A DNA stretch of 64,000 nt from an uncultured Actinomycetota bacterium (GTDB lineage: Bacteria; Actinomycetota; Actinomycetes; Propionibacteriales; Nocardioidaceae), in NCBI GenBank assembly GCA_963727135.1, contig CAVSEX010000003.1:430349-494348 (forward strand), in the 5' to 3' direction. The position numbers and the translations under genes were made by a program. Numbering within the stretch: the stretch's first letter is position 1; every line of letters starts with the position of its first letter. The notes beneath the pieces were generated by a model. The model searched no databases. It was given only the letters and a program-made list of their open reading frames with translations, and was not told the DNA's origin. Below are positions 51,825 through 61,515 of the stretch, piece after piece.

Positions 51825-52355
51825 ATGGCAGGCGAAACCAACATCACCGTCATCGGCAACCTCACCGACGACCCGGAGCTCAAGTTCACGCCCTCCGGAG
51901 CCGCGGTGGCCAACTTCACCGTCGCCTCGACGCCTCGAACCTTCGACAAGCAGACGAACGAGTGGAAGGACGGCGACGCGCTCTTCCTGCGGTGCGCAGC
52001 CTGGCGGCAGATGGCCGAGAACGTCGCGGAGTCCCTGCAGAAGGGCCAGCGCGTGATGGTCACTGGCGCGCTGAAGATCCGCAACTTCGAGCGCCAGGAC
52101 GGCTCGAAGGGCACCAGCGTCGAGATCAACGTCGAGGAGGTCGGCCCCTCCCTGAAGTGGGCGACCGCGAAGGTCACCAAGGCGTCCCGCTCCGGCGGCG
52201 GCGACTTCGGCGGCGGCCAGGGCGGCCAGCAGGGCGGCGGCAACGCCAACCCGTGGGGCCAGCAGCCGGCCGATCAAGGCGGGGCAGCTGCTCCCCAGCA
52301 GGGCGGCGACGCCTGGGGTGCAGGTGGCGGCTCCACCGACGAACCCCCCTTCTGA
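51825..52355 (+). CDS. ssb: Single-stranded DNA-binding protein
   Basis: ATG 51825; [35 protein letters not shown]; Gly/Gln-rich linker; C-terminal DEPPF tip. Confidence 0.95.
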   Translation: MAGETNITVIGNLTDDPELKFTPSGAAVANFTVASTPRTFDKQTNEWKDGDALFLRCAAWRQMAENVAESLQKGQRVMVTGALKIRNFERQDGSKGTSVEINVEEVGPSLKWATAKVTKASRSGGGDFGGGQGGQQGGGNANPWGQQPADQGGAAAPQQGGDAWGAGGGSTDEPPF

Positions 52356-52381
52356 GCACACACACTTTTCCAAGGAGAACC

Positions 52382-52618
52382 ATGCCCAAGCCCGTCATCC
52401 GGAAGCCGAAGAAGAAGAGCAACCCGCTCTCGGCCGCCGGCGTCACCGACATCGACTACAAGGACACTGCGCTGCTGCGCAAGTTCATCTCGGACCGCGG
52501 CAAGATCCGCGCCCGCCGAGTCACCGGTGTCACCGTGCAGGAACAGCGCCTCATCGCCAAGGCCATCAAGAACGCCCGCGAGATGGCGCTGTTGCCCTAC
52601 ACCTCAAGCACCCGCTGA
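52382..52618 (+). CDS. rpsR: 30S ribosomal protein S18
   Basis: ATG 52382; [50 protein letters not shown]. Confidence 0.95.
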   Translation: MPKPVIRKPKKKSNPLSAAGVTDIDYKDTALLRKFISDRGKIRARRVTGVTVQEQRLIAKAIKNAREMALLPYTSSTR

Positions 52619-52631
52619 AAGCAGGACGCAG

Positions 52632-53078
52632 ATGAAACTCATTCTCACGCACGAGGTCTCCAACCTCGGCGAGCCTGGCGACATCGTCGATGTCAAGGAC
52701 GGCTTCGGTCGCAACTACCTGCTGCCGCGCCAGTTCGCCATCCGGTGGACCAAGGGTGCCGCCAAGCAGGTCGAGTCCATCAAGGCCGGCCGCGACGCCC
52801 GCGCCGTGCACGACCTCGAGGAGGCCCAGAACATCAAGGGCCGGCTCGAGGCCGAGCCGATCAACGTCGGCGCGCATGCCGGCGAGGGCGGCCGTCTCTT
52901 CGGCGCGGTCACCGTTTCCGACATCGCCGATGCGCTGCAGTCTGTCGGCGTCTCGGTCGACAAGCGACGCATCGAGGTCGGCAACCCGATCAAGTCCGTG
53001 GGTGCCCATGAGGTGGCCGTCCGCGTCCACCCCGAGGTGAGCGCCTCAGTGCGCCTCAACGTGGTGCCGTCCAAGTAA
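52632..53078 (+). CDS. rplI: 50S ribosomal protein L9
   Basis: ATG 52632; [36 protein letters not shown]. Confidence 0.95.
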   Translation: MKLILTHEVSNLGEPGDIVDVKDGFGRNYLLPRQFAIRWTKGAAKQVESIKAGRDARAVHDLEEAQNIKGRLEAEPINVGAHAGEGGRLFGAVTVSDIADALQSVGVSVDKRRIEVGNPIKSVGAHEVAVRVHPEVSASVRLNVVPSK

Positions 53079-53092
53079 GTACCGATCGAACG

Positions 53093-53130
53093 CAGGGCTC
53101 GGGGTTACTCCCTGGGCCCTGTGTCGTTTC
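53093..53130 (+). terminator. Candidate intrinsic terminator after rplI
   Basis: 12-bp stem (two G:U pairs) CAGGGCTCGGGG / CCCTGGGCCCTG, 53093-53121, 5-nt loop, followed by TGTCGTTTC. Confidence 0.45.
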
Positions 53131-53139
53131 GGAACCGAC

Positions 53140-54849
53140 ATGAGTCATCGCCACGCAGCACCCCGTCGCCGGGTCATCCCTCGCGCCTTCGTGGCGGTGG
53201 CCGCGCTGGTGGCGGTCGCGATCGTGCTGGCCGGTGGCTACTGGTGGCTCGGCGGCGACGAGTCCGGCAGCGGGTCGGCGAGCTCGTCCAAAGGTCTGCC
53301 CACGACCGCATGGACGCGGGCGCCGGCGGCCTCGGTGGCGAGCGGAGGCAAGCTCCGCGTCGCCGTCAGCGTGTGGCCCGACAACCTGAACCCGGCCCAG
53401 GCCGACGGCGAGGGAGCGAGCACCGCGCAGGTGCTGGCGCCCACCACTGGTAGTGCCGTGCGGATCACCACCGACGGCGGCTGGCGAGTGGACACCAACT
53501 ACGCGCGGTCGGTCGACGTCGTCGACAAAAAGCCGCTCACCGTGCGGGTGAAGCTCAATCGGGACGCGGTCTGGCAGGACGGCACGCCCATCGCCGCCAA
53601 GGACATGACAGCGTTCCATCGTGCGATGAGCGGCGATGTCAGCGGCCTCGAGGTGGCCTCCACGGACGGCTTCGACGACATCGCCTCGGTGAAGCGCGGC
53701 ACCGACCGGTTCGAGTACACCGTCACGTTCAGCACGCCGCGGTCCGACTGGCCGCAGTACATCTATCCGCGACTGCCGGCCGACATCTCGACCAAGCCCA
53801 AGGCGTTCAACAGTGGCTTCCGCGCCAAGGCGGTGCCGTCCAACGGGCCCTTCGCTGTGGCGTCCGTCGATCAGAAGACCGGCACCATCACCGAGAAGCG
53901 CAACCCGCGCTGGTGGGGTCACAAGCCCCGGCTGGATCAGGTGGTGTGGCGCATCGCCGATCCGACCGTGCAGGCCAAGGCGTTCGCCGCCGACGAGCTG
54001 GACGCCGTCTCGGTCGATGGCAGCACGTACGACGACGTCGCCCAAGAAGGCACGGTGCAGCGGGCCGCCGGCGGCATGTGGTCGCACCTCACCCTCAACG
54101 GCGGTCGCGGACCGCTGAAGGACGTCGACGTCCGTCGCGCGGTCGCGACCGCGATCGACCGCGATGCTCTGGCGTCGGCCGCCGGCCAGGGCGTCGATGC
54201 ACCCGGGCGAACGGCCGGCAGCCTGCTGTTGGTGCCGGGGCAACGCGGCTACCGGGACGTCGCAGCGCGTGAGCTGACGTCGGGGCCGAAAGAGGCTCGG
54301 GCGCTGCTGGAGAAGGCCGGATACCAGCAGGTGGACGGCAAGGCCACGCGAAAGGGGAAGCCGCTCACCCTCACGCTCCCGGTGCCCTCCGACACCCCCA
54401 CCAGTGAAGCGCGGGTCAAGGCCATCGCCGGCGACCTCGAGGCCGTGGGCATCACCGTCAAGACGCCCACGGTGAAGGCGGCGCGATTCTTCCGCGACCG
54501 CGTGGTGCCGCTCGACTTCGATCTCGTCACCTTCACCTGGCCCGCGTCGGCGTTCCCGGTGGAGGCCGCGGAGCGCCGGTTCCGGCCGGTCGACTCGCCA
54601 CAGAACTTCACCGGCATGGCCACCAAGAAGCTGAAAGGCCGTTGGGACGACGCGGGCAGGACGCTCGACGACGACCGGCGGGCCGACCTCATCCACGACC
54701 TCGATGCGCAACTGCTGCGTCAGGCCGTCGTGATCCCACTGAGCGTGGTTCCCGACGTCGCGGTGGTTCGTCCCGGCCTGGTCAACTTCGGCGCCGCCAC
54801 CTTCGAGCAGCCCGACTTCACGACCGTGGGCTACCGCTCGAAGAAGTGA
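53140..54849 (+). CDS. ABC transporter substrate-binding protein, family 5 (peptide/nickel type), membrane-anchored
   Basis: 569 aa; N-terminal anchor AFVAVAALVAVAIVLAGGYWW. Length and internal motifs (NPRWWG, YQQVDGKATRKGKPLTL) fit SBP family 5. No cognate permease genes adjacent. Confidence 0.75.
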   Translation: MSHRHAAPRRRVIPRAFVAVAALVAVAIVLAGGYWWLGGDESGSGSASSSKGLPTTAWTRAPAASVASGGKLRVAVSVWPDNLNPAQADGEGASTAQVLAPTTGSAVRITTDGGWRVDTNYARSVDVVDKKPLTVRVKLNRDAVWQDGTPIAAKDMTAFHRAMSGDVSGLEVASTDGFDDIASVKRGTDRFEYTVTFSTPRSDWPQYIYPRLPADISTKPKAFNSGFRAKAVPSNGPFAVASVDQKTGTITEKRNPRWWGHKPRLDQVVWRIADPTVQAKAFAADELDAVSVDGSTYDDVAQEGTVQRAAGGMWSHLTLNGGRGPLKDVDVRRAVATAIDRDALASAAGQGVDAPGRTAGSLLLVPGQRGYRDVAARELTSGPKEARALLEKAGYQQVDGKATRKGKPLTLTLPVPSDTPTSEARVKAIAGDLEAVGITVKTPTVKAARFFRDRVVPLDFDLVTFTWPASAFPVEAAERRFRPVDSPQNFTGMATKKLKGRWDDAGRTLDDDRRADLIHDLDAQLLRQAVVIPLSVVPDVAVVRPGLVNFGAATFEQPDFTTVGYRSKK

Positions 54850-54856
54850 TCCCCGG

Positions 54857-55531
54857 TCAGGGGGCGACGATGCGGTCGGCGACCGCGGTGACCACAGCCA
54901 GGGTGGGCTCGTCCATCGCGGGAAAGCAGGTGTCGCTCGCCTCGTCGTAGGACGTGCCGACGATGCCGAAGTGCTCGGTCGGCAGCTCGACCAGCTCGAC
55001 CGGCCACTGCGACTGCTCAAGGACCTGCGCAAAGGCGCGCGACATCGCCACCGGCGCAATGTCGTCGGCGATCCCGTGGATCAGCGTGAACGGTGACGGG
55101 TCGGGGCTCGGCAGGTGACCGCCGAGCACCCCGCCCGAGATGGGGTCGGGCGCGACGAAGCCGCCGGACAAGCACACCGTGCGCGCGACGCCGACGCCCA
55201 GACGTCGGGCGTGAATCGTGAGACCGGCCGCCGCCGTGCCACCCAATGACCAGCCGACCAGCACGAGGGAGTCGGGATCGTCGGCCCCTTTCTCGACGAT
55301 GTCGCGCGTGAACCGGAGCGATCGGAGCAGGTCGGCGCGACCGCCGTCGTCGGCCTCCGAGTTCCAGTCGGGGACGACGACCGTGGGGCCGCGCTCGGTG
55401 ACCAGTGTGGCGAGCGTGGTCAGGACGCCTCGCTCGTTCGGCCCGCGTCCGTGCCACAGCAGCACGTGTCCGGCTGTCGAGCCGGCATGGACATCGGCCA
55501 AGCGGCCAGGCGCGTACTCCACGGTCTCCAC
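54857..55531 (-). CDS. Alpha/beta hydrolase
   Basis: 224 aa; nucleophile elbow GWSLGG; HG-type oxyanion region LLWHGRG. Confidence 0.7.
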   Translation of the reverse strand: METVEYAPGRLADVHAGSTAGHVLLWHGRGPNERGVLTTLATLVTERGPTVVVPDWNSEADDGGRADLLRSLRFTRDIVEKGADDPDSLVLVGWSLGGTAAAGLTIHARRLGVGVARTVCLSGGFVAPDPISGGVLGGHLPSPDPSPFTLIHGIADDIAPVAMSRAFAQVLEQSQWPVELVELPTEHFGIVGTSYDEASDTCFPAMDEPTLAVVTAVADRIVAP

Positions 55532-55540
55532 GGTTCCAGC

Positions 55541-56848
55541 CTAAGCACCCAGAACCATCCACCGGTCGCCTCGTTGCCGGAGCCACAGTGTCACGAGGCG
55601 AGCCGCGATGAACGCGCCGTACGCCACCCAGAGCCAGGTGAAGGAGGCGTCGAGCGCCCCAACGGCCAGCGCGAACGGAGCATATACGGCCAACACGGCG
55701 AGTCCCGCCCAGGCGAGGTAGCGGCCGTCGCCGGCGCCGATCAGCACGCCGTCGAGCACGAAGACGACGCCAGACAGCGGCTGGATGACCGCGACCACGA
55801 GCAGCGCCGGCACCAGGGCATCCTGCACCGCGGTGTCGGGCGTGAACAGACGTGCGAGCAGCGGGGAGCCGGCGGCGAGGGCGACGGCCGCGACCAAGCC
55901 GGTGCCGATGCCCCAGGCGACCATGCGCCGGGTGAGCGCCCGCGTGCCCGCGGCGTCCCCGGCGCCGAGCGTCCGGCCGGTCAGGGCCTGCCCGGCGATC
56001 GCGATCGCGTCGAGCCCGAACGCAAGGAAGGTCACCACCGACGTCGCGACCTGCTGGGCGGCCAGCGGCACGTCGCCCAGATCGGCGGCGACCGCGGTGG
56101 CCAGGACCAGCGAGGCCCGCAGCGTAGCGGTGCGCACGAGCAGCGGAACTCCGTCGCGCCCGGCGCGGACGATGGCACCGACCTTCGGGCGGATCGACGC
56201 ACGTGCGGTCCGAGCGCGGCGCACGACGACCACGCCGAGCCAGACCGCGGCCACCCACTGGGCGATCACCGTGCCGGTGGCCGCGCCACCGATGCCGAGG
56301 TCGAACCCGTACACGAGCACCAAGTTGAGGACGACGTTCAACACGTTCGCGACGGCGGCGACGAGCAGAGGCGTCCGCAGGTCGAGCACCCCGCGCAGCG
56401 CCCCGGTGGCGGCGAGCACCACGAGCATCGCGGGCACCGCAGCGGCGGAGATCACGAGGTAGCGGTCGGCTTGCGCGGCGACCGCGTCCGAGCTGGACAG
56501 CGACCCGCTGAGCAGGTCCGACGTCACCGCGGTGCCGAGTCCGAGCGCGACGCCGAGGCCGAGGGCGAGCCACAGGCCGCCGACGGCCAGCCCGTACGCC
56601 TCGGACTCCAGGCCCGCACCATGCCGGCGGGCGACCGCGGCGGTACTGCCGTAGGCGAGGAACACGCAGAGTCCGACGACGGTCGTCAACACCACCGATG
56701 CTGCCGCCAGTCCGCCCAGCTCAGTGGTGCCGAGGTGGCCGATGATCGCCGTGTCGGCAAGCAGCATGAGCGGTTCGGTGACGAGGGCGACGAAGGCCGG
56801 TACGGCGACGGCCAAGATGCGTCGATCGAGGTCGTCGAAGCCCCTCAT
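55541..56848 (-). CDS. MATE family efflux transporter (DinF-like)
   Basis: MRGFDDLDRRILAVAVPAFVALVTEPLMLLADTAIIGHLG; 12 predicted helices. ATG 56848; an alternative GTG 56875 is the track start. Confidence 0.85.
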   Translation of the reverse strand: MRGFDDLDRRILAVAVPAFVALVTEPLMLLADTAIIGHLGTTELGGLAAASVVLTTVVGLCVFLAYGSTAAVARRHGAGLESEAYGLAVGGLWLALGLGVALGLGTAVTSDLLSGSLSSSDAVAAQADRYLVISAAAVPAMLVVLAATGALRGVLDLRTPLLVAAVANVLNVVLNLVLVYGFDLGIGGAATGTVIAQWVAAVWLGVVVVRRARTARASIRPKVGAIVRAGRDGVPLLVRTATLRASLVLATAVAADLGDVPLAAQQVATSVVTFLAFGLDAIAIAGQALTGRTLGAGDAAGTRALTRRMVAWGIGTGLVAAVALAAGSPLLARLFTPDTAVQDALVPALLVVAVIQPLSGVVFVLDGVLIGAGDGRYLAWAGLAVLAVYAPFALAVGALDASFTWLWVAYGAFIAARLVTLWLRQRGDRWMVLGA

Positions 56849-57189
56849 GTGGCGACTCGCAACCTGTGGATACACATGCGGGTCGCGGATGTCGACTTGT
56901 CGCCCGACGGCCTAGTCACGAGTAGTCACAAAGGACTATATGTCCCAAAATCTTTCTTCGCTCCACACGGTGTGCAGTGCGTAACCGCAGGTCAACCTCC
57001 ATTTGGACCGCCTTTTGGAGGGTCCGTCCACACGCCCATCCACCGGCTGTGCACATCGTCGGCGGCGATTTCCACAGCGTGCGCAGTGTTGTGCACACCC
57101 CTTGTGAGCCGCGGGCTTTCATGTCGTCGTCCCACCGGCCTAGTGTGACGCGTCGGTAACCAGCGTCGAGGCCCGGTGTCCAGGGCGAG

Positions 57190-58656
57190 ATGACGAGGTT
57201 GTCCGACCCGACAACTAGCGTGGCTGATGTGCAAAGGGGTGCGGGTGCGGTGAGTGTGGCGGATCTCTATGCGGCCGGTCCCGGGACCGACGAGGAAGCA
57301 TCCGGCGCACGAGTCCCACCACAAGACGTCGCGGCCGAGCAGAGCGTGCTCGGCGCCATGCTGCTGTCCAAGGACGCGATCGACCCGGCCGTCGACGTCC
57401 TCCAGGGCCGCGACTTCTACCGACCGGTCAACGAGCTGATCTTCGACACGATCGTCGGCCTCGCCAACCGCGGTGAGCCTGTCGACGCCATCACCGTCGG
57501 CGCCGAGCTGACGCGCCGGGGTGAGCTCGGCCGGGTCGGAGGTGCGCCCTACTTGCACACGCTGGTCGCCGGCGTCCCGGTGGCGGCGAGCGTCGACTTC
57601 TATGCCGAGATCGTGCGCGAGAAGGCGATCCTGCGGCGCCTCATCCAGGTCGGCGACCGCATCGCCAGCTTCGGCTGGGCCGAGCAGGGCGAGATCGCCG
57701 ACGTCGTCGACCGGGCCCAACGGGAGGTCCTCGACGTCGACGGCGCGAGCGGCAGCGACGACTACCACACCGTCGCCGAGCTCATGGACCTCACCATCCA
57801 GGAGATCGATGATCACCAGGGGCGCGGCGACATCGCCGGCCTCGGGTCCGGCTTTCCTGAGCTCGACCGCCTCACCACCGGGTTCCGCCCCGGCCAGATG
57901 ATCGTCATCGCCGCCCGTCCCGGCGTCGGCAAGTCAACGCTCGGACTTGACTTCTGCCGGGCCGCGTCGATCAAGCAGGGTGTGCCCTCGGCGATCTTCT
58001 CGCTGGAGATGACCGGCGCCGAGATCGCCATGCGGCTGCTCTCTGCCGAGGCCAAGGTCGCCATCCAGCACATGCGCGGCGGCGGCATGACCGACCCGGA
58101 GTGGACGTCCGTCAGCTCCGTCATGCCGCGCGTCCAGGGTGCGCCGATCATCATCGACGACTCACCCAACATGACGATGCCCGAGATCAGGTCCAAGGCC
58201 CGCCGCATCAAGAAGAAGGGCGACCTCGGCCTGCTGGTCATCGACTACCTGCAGCTCATGACGTCTGGCCGGCGCGTCGAGAACCGCCAGGTCGAGGTCT
58301 CGGAGTTCTCCCGCCAGATCAAGCTGCTGGCCAAAGAGCTCGAGATCCCGGTGGTGGCCATCAGCCAGCTCAACCGTGGTTCCGAGCAGCGCACCGACAA
58401 GACCCCGCAGCTCTCCGACCTGCGTGAGTCCGGATCCATCGAGCAGGATGCCGACATCGTCATGCTGCTCAACCGGCCCGACGCACACGGCCACGGCGAG
58501 TCCGACCGGCCGGGCGAGGCCGACATCATCGTCGCCAAGAACCGCTCCGGCCCGGTCAACCGCGTCGCGGTGAGCTTCCAGGGCCACTACTCGCGCTTCA
58601 CCCCCATGGCCCGGTCGGCCGAGCCGCCCGGGGCCGCCGCGGGTGAATTTTTCTGA
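57190..58656 (+). CDS. dnaB: Replicative DNA helicase DnaB (no intein)
   Basis: PPQDVAAEQSVLGAMLLSKDAI; Walker A ARPGVGKSTLGLDF; Walker B LLVIDYLQLM; SQLNRGSEQR; RESGSIEQDAD. Start may be an internal GTG (57221 or 57251). Confidence 0.93.
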   Translation: MTRLSDPTTSVADVQRGAGAVSVADLYAAGPGTDEEASGARVPPQDVAAEQSVLGAMLLSKDAIDPAVDVLQGRDFYRPVNELIFDTIVGLANRGEPVDAITVGAELTRRGELGRVGGAPYLHTLVAGVPVAASVDFYAEIVREKAILRRLIQVGDRIASFGWAEQGEIADVVDRAQREVLDVDGASGSDDYHTVAELMDLTIQEIDDHQGRGDIAGLGSGFPELDRLTTGFRPGQMIVIAARPGVGKSTLGLDFCRAASIKQGVPSAIFSLEMTGAEIAMRLLSAEAKVAIQHMRGGGMTDPEWTSVSSVMPRVQGAPIIIDDSPNMTMPEIRSKARRIKKKGDLGLLVIDYLQLMTSGRRVENRQVEVSEFSRQIKLLAKELEIPVVAISQLNRGSEQRTDKTPQLSDLRESGSIEQDADIVMLLNRPDAHGHGESDRPGEADIIVAKNRSGPVNRVAVSFQGHYSRFTPMARSAEPPGAAAGEFF

Positions 58657-58706
58657 GGAGCGTCACGTCCATCAGCACCACCGGCCGACGCCTCCTCCTC
58701 GCCCTC

Positions 58707-59069
58707 ATGGCGCTGATCGCCGCCAACGTGGTGTGTGTCTTCCTCGCCGTGGATTCCGGCATCACCGAGCGGGGCAAGGTGTGGGGCTTCGACATCATGG
58801 GCTTCGTGCCGTTGCCGATGGTGGCCGCGGAGCTCGTCCTGGCCGGGCTGGCGGCACGCACCGTGCGGCCGACGTTCGGTCGCGTCGCGGCCGTCTTCCT
58901 GAGTGTGATCTGCCTGATCAGTGTGCTCGCGGGGTTGTTTGACGGCGACATGACGAACGACTCGATGACCCCTGCGTCGTTCTGGTGGGGCGTCGTCCTG
59001 ATCGTGCTCACGGCCGTCGTGGGCCTGCTCGCCGTGGCCCGGGCTCGGGAACTCCGGCGGTCTCACTGA
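58707..59069 (+). CDS. Small integral membrane protein, function unknown
   Basis: Four hydrophobic helices; 120 aa; no recognisable motif. Confidence 0.45.
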   Translation: MALIAANVVCVFLAVDSGITERGKVWGFDIMGFVPLPMVAAELVLAGLAARTVRPTFGRVAAVFLSVICLISVLAGLFDGDMTNDSMTPASFWWGVVLIVLTAVVGLLAVARARELRRSH

Positions 59070-59072
59070 CCG

Positions 59073-59759
59073 TTGCCGCAGGCCGTTACGCTCGGAGCCG
59101 TGACGATACTTGCCCAGCTCGTGGCCGACGGGTCGAGCGTGCCGACCGACGGACTGACGGGGTTGGTCGCAGACATCATGGGTCGGCTGGGCCTGGTCGG
59201 CGCCGGACTGGTGCTCGCGGTCGAGACGTTCTTCCCTTTCCTGCCGAGCGAAGTGGCGTTGCCGCTGGCCGGCTTCACGGCCAGCATCCCGGGCAACTTC
59301 GGGCTGGTGCCGGTCATCATCGCGACGACGATCGGCTCCCTTGTCGGGGCCCTCGCCCTGTACGCGTTCTCGAGCGCGTTCGGCCGCGACCGCACCCGCA
59401 AAGTGCTGCTCTGGGCCCCACTGGTTACGGCGCACGACATCGACAAGGGCGAAGCGTGGTTCGCGCGCAACGATGCTCGCGCGGTTTTTTTCGGCCGGTT
59501 CGTGCCGGGCATTCGCGCCCTCATCTCGGTGCCGGCCGGGGTCGAGGGGATGGGCCTGCTCCGGTTCAGCGCGTACACCGCCGCGGGGAGCCTGATCTGG
59601 AACATCATCTGGATCACTGCCGGCTACCAGCTCGGCGAGAACTGGGCCTCAGTCGAGAAGTACGCGCACGTGCTCACCTACGCGATCGTGATCCTGGGCG
59701 TTGCTGCCGTGGCCTGGTTCGTCTGGACCCATCTCAAGGCACGCCGCACCGCCGGGTAG
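59073..59759 (+). CDS. DedA family membrane protein
   Basis: FFPFLPSEVALPLAG, FFGRFVPGIRALISVPAG signature of DedA/SNARE-associated proteins; TTG start uncertain. Confidence 0.85.
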   Translation: MPQAVTLGAVTILAQLVADGSSVPTDGLTGLVADIMGRLGLVGAGLVLAVETFFPFLPSEVALPLAGFTASIPGNFGLVPVIIATTIGSLVGALALYAFSSAFGRDRTRKVLLWAPLVTAHDIDKGEAWFARNDARAVFFGRFVPGIRALISVPAGVEGMGLLRFSAYTAAGSLIWNIIWITAGYQLGENWASVEKYAHVLTYAIVILGVAAVAWFVWTHLKARRTAG

Positions 59760-59774
59760 GAGATGGCCCTCGGC

Positions 59775-61250
59775 TCACGCCCCGCCGTCGGTGCTCGATC
59801 CGGCCAGGAGGCGACGGAGGGTCTCGACCATTTCGGCCCGATTCGTCGACCCCAGTCGGCGCCGAACGCTGGCGACGTGGTGCTCCACGGTCCGTGGAGA
59901 GATGAACAGACGTTCACCGATCTCCCGATATCCGATGCCCTGCACCACCAGGCGAGCGATCTCCCATTCCCGGTCGGTGAGCTGGCTGGACTTCGAGCGC
60001 GTCGGTGTGGCCGACGCTCTCGACCGGTCACCACTGTGGGCAGCGCGCGCCAGGTTGAGAAGGTCGAGGCTCACCCGCCGATCAGTGGTGTGCAGCGCGG
60101 CCTGTGCCGCCAGGCGGGAGGCGTCCCATCTCAGACCGATGCCGCTCAGGCCCTCGACGGCCCGATTGATGGCTGAAGCGTCGATGTCGCGTCGCAGCAC
60201 GCGAATCCATGTGCGCCCGGCCGCGGCCAAGGTCTGGGCGTGGCGGCTCACCCGTGCAGCCTCGCTGATCGCGTCCGCGTGGGGGATCAGCGCGTCGGGC
60301 CGGTCGCTGACGATGGCCGCTTGCACGCCGTACCAGTGGAAGGCCGTCGACCACAGGGCGGGATTCCCGAGCCCGCCCAGCACCGCTTCGGCTTCCTGCA
60401 GCTGCGGCGCCAACCAGTGCTCGTCCTGCATGCGCATGGCGCCCACCTGGAGTTCGCCCAGGGGCAGCAGGTGGAAGAGGTCGACGGACATCCCGGCCAC
60501 CGCCGTCCGCGCCTCCGCCCAGGCGTCGGCCAGCGCGCCGGTGTCGCTCGCGCGTCGCGCGATGCCCACGCGGATCGCATGCACGAGATAGAGGTCCCGC
60601 GTGTCGTCCGCGGGGGGTTGGCCGGCCGACTCAAGAATCGCGGCGGTCCCGGCCATGTCGCCGCGGGCCATGGCGACCCAGGCGAGCAGGAGCTGGTGGC
60701 GCAGCCGGAACAGCGGGCCGCCGAGTTCAGCTGCCGCGGCGCGCCGGAGGACGGACTCGGCGAGATCGAGTTCACCGAGGTGGAGCGCCGTCAACGCGGC
60801 CAACGCGGCGGGTGACTCGAGCAGGACGCTGTCACGGCCGACCGGGGCCAGTGCGGTGACGGCTTGCAACAGCGGTGGCAGGCCGGCCACGCCGTCGCCC
60901 CGGACGCTCTGGACCAACCCCGTCATGGCCAACCGCCAGCCGGCGGACGCTGCGGTCGGCCCACCGCTCGGGCTCGCGGCGAGCATGCGCTCGGCGGTGG
61001 CGATGTCGCCGATCCCGATGAGGGCAACTGCTCCCTGGGCCGCGGCATCTCCCAGAGACTCCGGCGACACCCGCTGAAGCAGCTCGGCACTCCTGTTCAG
61101 GGTTCCGCGGTGCGCGTGGATGGCGGCAGCGATCCGCGCCGCTGATCCGAACTCGGCATGGCCAAGATCGGTCAAAACGGGCTCAAGGGTGCGCAGTGCG
61201 CCATCGTGATCGCCCCGCGCGATGGCCTCTTCGGCTTCCGCCACGCTCAT
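59775..61250 (-). CDS. LuxR-family transcriptional regulator with helical-repeat N-terminal region
   Basis: C-terminal HTH LTDREWEIARLVVQGIGYREIGERLFISPRTVEHHVASVRRRLG. The roughly 420-aa Ala/Leu-rich N-terminal region has no Walker motif. Confidence 0.8.
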   Translation of the reverse strand: MSVAEAEEAIARGDHDGALRTLEPVLTDLGHAEFGSAARIAAAIHAHRGTLNRSAELLQRVSPESLGDAAAQGAVALIGIGDIATAERMLAASPSGGPTAASAGWRLAMTGLVQSVRGDGVAGLPPLLQAVTALAPVGRDSVLLESPAALAALTALHLGELDLAESVLRRAAAAELGGPLFRLRHQLLLAWVAMARGDMAGTAAILESAGQPPADDTRDLYLVHAIRVGIARRASDTGALADAWAEARTAVAGMSVDLFHLLPLGELQVGAMRMQDEHWLAPQLQEAEAVLGGLGNPALWSTAFHWYGVQAAIVSDRPDALIPHADAISEAARVSRHAQTLAAAGRTWIRVLRRDIDASAINRAVEGLSGIGLRWDASRLAAQAALHTTDRRVSLDLLNLARAAHSGDRSRASATPTRSKSSQLTDREWEIARLVVQGIGYREIGERLFISPRTVEHHVASVRRRLGSTNRAEMVETLRRLLAGSSTDGGA

Positions 61251-61515
61251 GTCGCGGCCTCCCCGCTGTCAGGTCATCCCCGATGATGACCAGCCGCCGC
61301 CAAGGTAGCAGCGACCAAAGCCCTAGGTGCATGTTTCGCCGAAATCCGTGATCCCCTAGGGGCGAACGGTCTTCTGAGGCAGATCCCCTATCCTCCGGAC
61401 CCGAACGGCCGCTGTCGGGGATGCGGCCCAGACCCCGATGGAGCGGCTCGTGCACCTTCCTAACATCGAACTGGCGCGTCGTACGACCGCCTCATGATCA
61501 CAAGGAGCCACCGAC

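Noticed and set aside
50580-52373. 597-aa minus-strand ORF spanning the DinB, rpsF and ssb region
   Set aside because: It would be antisense to three well-supported genes, including ribosomal protein S6 and SSB; composition is non-protein-like.
53056-57148. Long ORFs 53056..55059 (-), 55017..56573 (-) and 55451..57148 (+)
   Set aside because: Antisense or out-of-frame relative to the substrate-binding protein, hydrolase and MATE transporter genes. Arg/Gly/Pro-rich with no motifs.
57190-58656. Possible intein in dnaB (common in actinobacteria)
   Set aside because: The 488-aa product is colinear with ordinary DnaB. Walker A, Walker B and the RESGSIEQDAD motif follow at normal spacing. No Cys/Ser-initiated insertion or HNxC-type block is present.
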